From Eledone cirrhosa (Eukaryota), in the NCBI GenBank assembly GCA_964016885.1, contig OZ024743.1:152954001-153018000 (forward strand): 64,000 nt of DNA, written 5' to 3'. Positions 54,791 through 64,000 of the stretch are shown piece by piece. Within the stretch, counting starts at the first letter, position 1, and each line of letters starts with the position of its first letter. Both the position numbers and the translations under genes were made by a program. Under the pieces are notes generated by a model. It saw only the letters and a list, made by a program, of their open reading frames with translations, searched no databases and had not been told where the DNA came from.

Positions 54791-55214
54791 AAGTATGACA
54801 GAAATAAATGGTAGTTTCCACTTGTATTAGTGAAGCTAGTTCTGATATGAGCAATTTCTAGAAGAATATGATACCAGATCAGAAATTTATTTTGATTAGT
54901 GAAATATTTATTCAAAATTTTTGCTTTCTGGATTTTCTTGGAAAATCCCCAATCATGTTGTTGCCTGATGATAAGTGATAAGTGTCTCTGTTGTTCAGAA
55001 TGCTTGGGGGTAGGGGGTTACATTATACAATACAAAAAATGTACATACATTTTTATTTTATAGAAAATAACTTTCTGTCTGGAAAAAGTATGAGTTGGTG
55101 TTTCCTGTTGTTCTTTTGTTTTGTTGTAGTATTTACATTTATCACAGAATAAAATAATATTTGAAGAAGCTATAACTTCCTTGGGAGAAAAAAGCTGAAT
55201 TTTAATGACAAGAT

Positions 55215-56530
55215 CATCACCTTCATCATCTTCGTCTTCATCATTTTATGTCTGCTTTCCATGCTGGCATTGTTTGGATGGGTTGTTATGGTCTGTGACC
55301 AGGCAGGCTGGAGTGACTTCATCTTATACATTACATATTTGGCATAGATTCTATGAGATGCCCTTCCTAATACCAAGCACATTACACTGGGTGCATTTTA
55401 TTGAGGTAACAGCACTAAAGAGGTGGTCCCATGTTTGTCAAGTCTAACAAGTTATCTCAAAGCATATATTGCCTCCAGCCTCTCACCACATTTACCATTA
55501 GTGTCACAGTGTTTATACTGGTGGATCAGTCTTTTGTATTATGACATTTCTGTAATCAGCTCATTCCTTTGTGATGCTTTACAATTTTAGCCCATGCCTT
55601 CCTTGGTCCTCTGCTTCCCTAGGTTCCATTCACTACAAGTACTCAGTATATCTTTATACAACTCACATTCACATACACCATATGCTCAGACCAGCACAAT
55701 AATCTCTAATGTTGCAGTCAATTCCGCTCATACTCAAAATGTCCTCTCAGTCCAATTCTGCCATCATTTATGCACACTAACATTACACATCCAGTGGAGC
55801 ATGCATGTCTCATTTCTTTTTAGCTCCACAAATCTTCTGCACTCAAGGCCCAAGTCACATTGTCATGCTGCATTGTACTTCAAACACAAAAATCATATAA
55901 TTACTCTGAGAGAGAAACCGTTTGTTGCCAGCAGTGGTAACAGCTACCCAAATCTTTTCCCCTTTGTTCCAACTCTGGCTATACCACTTTTTGGTACACC
56001 CACCACCACTGATAATGAGGTCACCTTGATAGTAAAAGCTTCTTACTACTTTTAGTGAACATTCTGAACATTTGAGATAGATTTTATTTCATGAATATCC
56101 TTACTGTTGACTACCTTTCCTGACAGCCTATTCCTGATCCCACCCTATGAAATGTATGTCCACTGTATGGAGTTTCTATCTACTCCATTTTGACATGCTG
56201 AGCATAGCCACTCTTTTATAGCATCAGACTCCTATACTCTTTCCTACTTACTTTAGTCTTTGCAAGGTTTATGTTAAGACCTTCGATTCCAGTTTTTTCT
56301 TGTTTGTTACCATGTCTGGAACTTCTCTAATTATTTCTGCTATGAGTGTTAGGTCATCAGCATAGAGGAGTTTATATCGACATCCAGTTTGAACCCCTCC
56401 ATTATGGCCTGGAGGATAGGAGAGGGCTGAGACCTGAGCCTTGGTGAACTCCAACCCACTTGTTAAATTTGTCAGTACTTACTGTTAATCCTCACCTTTC
56501 TGACTGCACCACCATGCATTAGGGTATTCC
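55215..56530 (-). mobile_element. Old RTE LINE fragment with 3' tail
   Basis: QTGCRYKLLYADDLTLIAE (56269-56454); decayed tail at 55215-55280. Confidence 0.78.
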
Positions 56531-56684
56531 ATTTTGCAAACTATCAACAATCATCTCATGTTGATTCCACCTGTATTTGAGCTAATGAAATAATGACATA
56601 TGCTGAAATATAGATTAATTGAGTAATATTTATAGGTTGCACTCTTACTTTCACAACTTATTATTGGTGATGATTTTTTTTTAC

Positions 56685-56720
56685 CTAGCCTGTGGTGTGT
56701 TGTCCTTTCCATTTACTTTA
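56685..56720 (-). CDS. Candidate exon B (36 nt, phase 2-2)
   Basis: Acceptor ttttctcattggattcag|T, donor AG|gtaaaa; encodes KVNGKDNTPQA(R). Confidence 0.5.
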
Positions 56721-56800
56721 CTGAATCCAATGAGAAAACCACAAGACATAACAAAATGAAATGAAAGTAAGCAGGATGAATATATTCCAAATACACAATA

Positions 56801-58313
56801 ATATTGGGCTCTTAGAAAACTAGGTGTAGATGAAAGGCTTGTGAGAGCTATACAAGCCATATATAAAGAAACAGTCAGCAAAGTTAGAATTAACAACAAA
56901 TATAGTGAAGAGTTTAGCGTAAAAGTTGGTGTTTATCAGGGTTCCGTCCTTAGCCCCCTCCTATTTATTATCGCCCTCCAAGCTATAACGGAGGAGTTCA
57001 AGACCGGCTGCCCATGAGAATTTCTATACGCAGATGATCTAACGCTCATAGCCGAATCAATTGTTGAGCTAGAGAAGAAATTCCAAACATGGAAGCATGG
57101 CCTAGAATCAAAAGGCCTTAAAGTTAACTTGTCTAAGACTAAAGTCCTAATATGTAGGAAGGAGAATAGGGCACTGGTCCCATCTGGGAAATGGCCACGA
57201 TCAGTGAGTAGGAAAGGAGTAGGCAGAAACTCCATTTTATGTCCCAAATGCAAAGTATGGGAGCATAAAAGATGTAGTGGGATCACAGGTAAGCTAACTA
57301 AGAATATAGATTTTATATGTGGCTGGTGCTCTGGTGCAATAAGTAGCAGCAAATGTGCACAGAATACTAGCTCATTCCATTGCCCAGATAGTTCTCTAGA
57401 AATAGTGGACATCTTCCGTTACCTGGGTGACAAAATTAGCAGTGGTGGAGGGTGCTCCGAAAGTACTGTAGCTAGAGTCCGAACGAGATGGAAAAAGTTC
57501 AGAGAGCTTATACCACTATTGGCCGCTAAGGTTTCTCTCTAAAAATAAAAAGCAGGCTGTATGATGCCTGCATACGAACAGCGATGTTACATGGGCCTTG
57601 TGTGCAGAGGATCTACACAGACTGGAGAGGAACGAAGCTTGCATCCTCTGTTGGATGTGTAAAAGTAATATAAGTGAGAAATTCGGAATAAGAGGGATCA
57701 GATGCTGTTTACTCAAGAGAAGACTACGTTGGTATGGTCACGTGATACGCATGAAAGATGACAGCTGTATAAAAAAGTGCAGGGCGATCAAAATAGACGG
57801 TAGCTATGGAGTAGGCAGATACAGAAAAACCTGGGACGATTTGATAAAATCCGACCTCACACACTTGCACCTCTCCAAGATAATGTCACTGGACTGAGAT
57901 CGTTGGTGCTACGCAGAAATACAGAAGACCCGCCTTGCCAAAGTACAAAGCAAAACCTACAGTCAGTAGGCACCTCTTAACCAAAATACACCCCCATCCC
58001 ACTAACCCTACCCCCACCGCCATCTACACCACCCCTTTTGATGTAAAGCTATGTTGGTACCACAACATCCAGTCCTAAATAAATGAGGTATTGTAGGTGT
58101 TACGACATAAAAACACACATTCCACGCTGTAATTTGGCCATGTAGGTAACACGGTAAAAACCTCCCAGTCCACACTGTAAACATGGTTGGTATTAGGAAG
58201 TGCATCCAGCCATAGAAAACCCGCCAGACAGTCCTGAGCAAGACAACCAATCTTGCCTCAAGTGGGACAATTCCCGTCCAGACCCATGCTAGCGTGGAAA
58301 ATGGACGTTAAAC

Positions 58314-58363
<50 letters not shown>
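56801..58363 (+). mobile_element. 5'-truncated RTE LINE with PHD-like finger and (TGA)n tail
   Basis: WALRKLGVDE, QGSVLSPLLF, FLYADDL, CPKC-x4-HKRC...FICGWC, FRYLGD, RLRWYGHV; (GAT)n at 58314-58363. Confidence 0.93.
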
Positions 58364-58365
<2 letters not shown>

Positions 58366-58709
58366 AAATAGAGAAAACTTTTTATGAATGACATTCATTA
58401 CAGGAAATGGCACATTTTGTCCTCTGGGGAACTTGTTGAAATGATAATAAGCAGACAAATAAAATTAAAATCAGTAGAATGAATATGTTCTAAATATGAA
58501 ATAATACTGGGGCTAAACACAGAAACACTTTCTATGATTGAAATTTATAACCGGAAAGAGGCCATTTTGTTACTCAGCACTGTTGTTCACAATTTTCAGA
58601 GCATCAACAGATGGTTTGATATTGTTGTCAGGGTAAAAAATCAAATTGTGCAGGATAATGTTGAGCAGATGGCAAAAGGTATTTGTTTTCTTTGTAGTGA
58701 AGTCACTCA

Positions 58710-59360
58710 CTGTGCTGGATATTAATCATCCATCCCTGTAGAAGACTAGCCAGGATCTGTCTTCAGGTGGGAAAACAGATAATTTTATTTTCAGAGTCAT
58801 CTTGCCACGGTGACTGGTTCTTGCTCAATAAACAATTGAGGGTGTAATCGAGGGTTCAGACACATCATGACCAAGATTCTTTGCAATTGCTATGTAAGAA
58901 GTACTTGCTGTATTGATAATTTCTCCTGTTTCCATGTGGCAACAAGAGTGGCAGTGACAATTAACTTTATTTGTGGTAATTTTTGAGGCAGCATTGACTT
59001 GAGGATTTCATCATCATCATCACTAACAGCTTAGCTGGATGACGAACTTTCAAGAGCTACTTTCTTGGGCATCTTCTTGACTTCTTCATTCTGCTTTCCT
59101 TCTTACTTTCATATCATGAATCTTCTTTTCTTTCTTCTGAATAGCTATCACATGTTCTGCATTAATATCAACCATGAATGAAGACATCCAATCTTCCTGA
59201 TGTGTCCCCTGATGTGTCATCATTTTTTCGAGAACTTGCTGGTTTCTAATATCAAATATTTCTTCAAGATCACCTTCCCAAATCTTATGTTTTGCAATTG
59301 CTTTGTTAGTTTTCCTTGATTTTTCTATTTTCAGACATTGAAATTCCCTATACAATTTTT
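58710..59360 (-). mobile_element. DNA transposase relic, probably hAT superfamily (hATm-like)
   Basis: ORF 59086-59355 (YREFQCLK...DLEEIFDI), then IAKNLGHDVSEPSITPSIVY*ARTSHR...LVFYRDG*L, resembling the AKSLGHD...VHWDGKLL region (recognised from memory). Confidence 0.6.
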
Positions 59361-59689
59361 CACTTTTTCCATTTTCTTATTCACTATGAAAGATGAAAAG
59401 CAAATCAATCAGTCAGTGTTATTTTAATGAGGCTTTGGAACTCATTCAAGGTATGAAAAGCAACAAAGAAGAAAATTATTTCATAACTTTATAACAATGG
59501 ATGGATCTTGATGAAAAGCAGTGCGTTTACTACTCAATAACAAAACTAGCATTGAACAAACAATGCAATGAAGCTTGAATTAGAACCTTATTGTTAACTC
59601 ATTATCTTGTTGATTTATCAAAACATATATAAAAAAGTTCATCTTTTCACAATGAAAACATTTTCCCTATAAATATGAAACACTGCACT

Positions 59690-60320
59690 GTGCAATGCTT
59701 CTGTACCCCTCACAAGAATTTAATCTAAGTGCCCACCAAATTACAGAGCATGGTATTCTCTCAAAGGCTTTTTCCAGGCAGATGAATGTTAGATATACAG
59801 ACTTATTTTTAGCTAAGTAATTCATCTGCAATTGTCGCCCTAGCAAGATAGCATTAGTAGTGTTTCTCCTTGGCATAAAACCAAACTGCATTTGACCAAG
59901 ATTAATTCTGTGCCTAATCAGGTTTGCTATAATTCTTTTTGTAACCTTCATATCCAGACTCTGCAATTTGATGTTTTGCAATTGGCTTTTTTTAGTGCAT
60001 CTTTTTTTACCCATGTAGCAGTTAACAATGATGCTTCTATGACAGTTGTGAAGTATGTCACCTTCTTGTACTCCTGGTTTACCATATGAGTTACTAGCCT
60101 GTGTCCTGCTCCACCACATCATTTAGTCATCTCAATAAATAACTGATGGGCCAGCTGTTTTCTTTACCTTCAAATCCTTTATTGCCTTTAGTACCAAACT
60201 GCTGTCAAATTTGATGGCTGGTCTCTCAGTTAAATCAATGTGGGTTAGACTCTCTATCTAATGCATTTTACCTTATTCATCAACCTTTCATAATTTCATC
60301 CCCATGAATCTTTCTTATCA
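59690..60320 (-). mobile_element. Old RTE LINE RT fragment
   Basis: QFGFMPRRNTTNAI...CLEKAFERIPCSVIWWALR. Confidence 0.85.
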
Positions 60321-61992
60321 GGGTCAGTAAGATACCTATCAAAAAGCAAAGTAAATGATTAAGCACATAGTTTCAATATTGTAAGAAATCAGAAGGCAAG
60401 AACAGTATCATTTAGTATGAACAGTATCATACTATGTATGAGAGGAATGCATACATAAATGCTGGCATCAGCTATAAACCTCCAACATCATTTGCATTAG
60501 TAATAAGAATTGTTCAAGGAGCAACCAATAAAACCACAGAATACAACAATAATAATAAATGCAATGCTAACAGCAAAGTCAATAACAGAACTGGAACAAA
60601 AAGGAGCACCGAAACAGCAGCAACAGAATAAGTTTCAAGAAAATATAAAAAGGTTGTTTGCAAAAGGTGAGGAATGTCAATAAGTCATGTTATATTACAT
60701 CCATTTGTAAAGAATAGCTTCCTTAGATTCTTCTGCTCAAATATGATTTCAACACATTAGTCACTGGTTAATTGCAATGGATTTTCACCTTCACATAATT
60801 GATAATAGATTAAAAAATATATATGATTTTATTGTGATATTATGATTTGGAAGGGTTGAACAAGAATATGTATATAAAAAACACCATTTGTTTTGCCCTA
60901 CATATTTGAAAGAGCACTAAACTCTCTCAAAGGATATATTGAAATAAAACTTAATTTTAGAATGTATTTAGAAATGAGTTTAACACCCGAGGATAAAACA
61001 GAACAATATCAAACAAGGGAGCCATTACATAGTTGCTTGACCTGTTAGAAATAACTGTCATTTCCCATCAAATCACATTCAATTGTCAATAAAAGACGTT
61101 AGTCATATTCACTAATATAGTCTTAGAAACACTGTTTGAATAAAATATTGGATGGCCATAACAAGAATACATTTGGTCAGCGATATGTTATGAAAATTAC
61201 AGAGGAGAGCAAATCGAATATTGTGTAATAATGGTTTCTTATTTAGGTACAATTTTATCGACCCCGTAAGGATGAGAGGCAACATTAACCTCCAAATAAT
61301 GTGTAATAATGACAGTAACCTCCTGCATTTATACCATTACTTTGAAAACAAATCTAACAGGTTTGAAAAACCTTTATATAATTACTAATTGTATTTACAT
61401 GCATTTCAACATACATATGTATCGGGCATGTGTAATGAGTAAATACTCAGGGTAAGCATTAGGCTTTATTCAATTCTTTATTAAAGAGTCTAGCTGTCTA
61501 CATAGCTATGAAACAGAAAAAAATAATATTTTTATCAGATAATCAATGCTTACTTTTCTTCTGTCATTACCTTTGGTCATAAGTGAGTATGATCATTTCT
61601 GACTTGGGGTTAAACATGAATAACAATGTAAAATGATGTTCTAAACAATGCAGAAAAAAAGAATCAGCTCAAAGAAAAAAAATATGTTATCCCATATAGT
61701 TGTGTCTCATTGCATGAGAATAATATCAAGTAGTCTGTCAGATTAATGGCTAGTCTTGATTAACTGGAAATAAAATAAATATGGAACACCTAATTCTGAT
61801 GTCAAATGCAGACTTCAAATCCATTATAGATTCAGTTATAATACATCTACCAGCAAATAAAGGGTCAAAGTGGTGGTGAAGAATAGATTAATAAAAGACA
61901 TATATATCTACATGCATTTCAACATACATGCACACACATATGCATCAGGCATGTGTAATGAGTAAATAATCAGGGTAAGCAATAGGATTTAA

Positions 61993-62213
61993 CCATTTAG
62001 CATTTACATTACTCTATATATACTATTGTATTTTCATGGTCAAGGCTTTACCTCACATAATTATCTGACATAATATCAAATCTATAAGATTTTGATGTTA
62101 TTTATTTTGAGAACAATACCTTAATGTCAGTATGAGTGACCAGTTACAGCTGGTTTGAGCAGAACGAGGTGAGAGAATTCTGGCCTGATATGGCCGGTTT
62201 AAATGCTAAAGGA
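61993..62213. mobile_element. piggyBac-type MITE
   Basis: TTAA|CCATTTAGCATTTA ... TAAATGCTAAAGGA|TTAA: imperfect TIR with a TTAA target duplication. Confidence 0.7.
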
Positions 62214-63022
62214 TTAATGATGTAAATTTTCAACAATGATCATATTTATATGAAGTAAAATTTAATTACAGATTTGAGTGTTCCTATATTTGTTGGTCCA
62301 AAGACAGTTTGATTAAATTTTTAAAATCTCTTAATTTGTTCCTTGCATTTCTTTGACTTTGTCAATCTACATTGATTCTGCAATTTCTAAGTCTTCTCTG
62401 TCTTAGACTAAATGTCATGAAAATATTTGTCTTTGTCTTTAAAATTTGGATTTTCCCTTTGGTAAGTTTATGTTTTTATGTTCCTGTAATTAGAGAATTT
62501 ATTACATGATTATTTTCACCAAACCAATTAAGCTGCTGTCTATGAGGTAAGCCAAGATTTTCTCCTAGAGTATTATGTATTGCTGATTTAAGAATGCTCC
62601 ACTCTTCTGCAATCAAAATGTGACAAAGTTTTTATCTCAAAACAGTACAAACAATTGTGGTAACATTAGGATCTTAACAACGTTTAACATGTAATTTCTT
62701 CCTCTCAGTATTATGTTTGGTTTGAGTGATTGTTTAAATTTAATATTTTTTTTTTTTTAGCACAAACTGTGATCAGTACAGCAGTTACCAGCTGATCAAA
62801 TAGATTTGGTCAGCTGTACATCAATTATTTCTTGTATTCATGTGAAGACAATATCAACTAGATGCAAATTCTTTGATTGAGAATGTATCCACATAGCTTT
62901 GAGATTGGTGACTACATGGGTTCATCTACATTCAAGTATATATCTATAAAAAAAAAAAAATCTGAATGATATATATAAGTAGGAATAAAAGAAGTTAAGT
63001 GAGTTTTAATTACATATACATC

Positions 63023-63381
63023 CACGCTGTGAAGTGGTCACATATTTGTCAAGGCAAAAAACACCTGGCCCATACTGTAAAGTGGTCACATAGATTTCAC
63101 GACGAAAAGCACCCAGCCCACACTGTAAAGTGGTCACACAACAAAAAGTACCTGGTCCACACTGTAAAGTGGTCATGTAGGAATCATGTCCAAAAGCATC
63201 CAGCACACACTGTAAATGTGGTTGGCATTAGGAAGGGCATCCAGCTGTAGAAACCAAGCCAGAAACAGTTCTATGTGAGCGAGACATGGCCACCTGACCC
63301 AACTTGCCTCTAATGGGACAACCTATCTAACCCATGCTAGTATAGAAAATGGACATTAAATGATGATGATGATGATGATGA
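63023..63381 (+). mobile_element. 48-bp-unit element with RTE-type tail
   Basis: Five CTGT(A/G)AA units, TTAGGAAGGGCATCCAGCTGTAGAAACC, and (TGA)n. Confidence 0.85.
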
Positions 63382-63914
63382 TATAAACAATCGTAAATTT
63401 GATTATCTACAATAAGGTATATATAAATATGTCAGGTCACTCTTAAGTGCTACTGGTAATATGTAACCCAGTAGATGGTCAGGCCATTTGCAATTAAACT
63501 GGCAACTCACCAATTTTATTTGGTGAAGAGAGTGATTTTTGGACACCCAGCCCAGCGAGATGAAAAATAAAACACATCAAAGAGCAGAGGAAATCAGAGG
63601 AAATCATAAGTGTCAACATCCATCCAATTTTGTGCATATATGGTTATATTTTTATATAACTTCTTATATTTTAATATATGCATTTTCATTTTTTTAACTT
63701 TTTCATCTTTTTTAGATTTTAACTTTTTTTTAATATGCATATATTATGTGTTTCTGTTTGCTTGTGTGTGTGTGTGTGTGTGTGTGTGGGTGTGTGTGTG
63801 GGTGTGTGTGTGTGTGTGTATATAAAACTGGGAAAAATATATGTAATAGATGGATGGATGGATGGGTGCATGTGTGTGTGGAATTAAAACGCCAGGTTGG
63901 TGTCAGTAGCTCAC

Positions 63915-63919
63915 CTCAT
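63915..63919 (-). CDS. Candidate exon A 3' end, carrying a possible start codon (ATG AG|gtgagc); the exon may extend to or beyond the window end
   Basis: Strong donor GAG|gtgagc in phase 2, compatible with exon B. Confidence 0.45.
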
Positions 63920-64000
63920 GAGATGGAAAACTCTGAACAGACAGCCTGAGGTCTGCTGTTTATTAGTCTTATGGCATATTTGCACCAACTGTTGCTATCA

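Noticed and set aside
60434-60631. N/T-rich ORF and its hydrophobic antisense
   Set aside because: Decayed (CAA/CAG)n low-complexity sequence

Overview
AT-rich, repeat-dense eukaryotic DNA. The repeat families look like those of an octopus or other cephalopod; this is recognition from memory, not a database result. Most of the window appears to be intron of a minus-strand gene. Five short, phase-compatible candidate exons (63915-63919, 56685-56720, 52530-52700, 20159-20212, 7380-7488) splice into one ORF that ends in a ubiquitin-like motif. The rest is decayed mobile DNA: many RTE-clade LINE fragments (with a PHD-like finger after the RT), CRE-, Vingi- and Tx1-like LINE relics, a hAT-like transposase relic, a piggyBac-type MITE, several tRNA-derived SINE families, and a non-autonomous LTR element with a tRNA-Trp PBS, PPT and TSD. 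The most unusual signal is a set of fold-back (palindromic) elements embedded in (TA)n tracts at 0.7-4.6 kb and 12-18.5 kb. They carry minimal type I hammerhead ribozymes of the Penelope-like kind, including a U3-A8 core variant with compensatory stem changes between copies. No rRNA, true tRNA gene, CRISPR array or intact transposon ORF was seen. Boundaries of old repeats are approximate.
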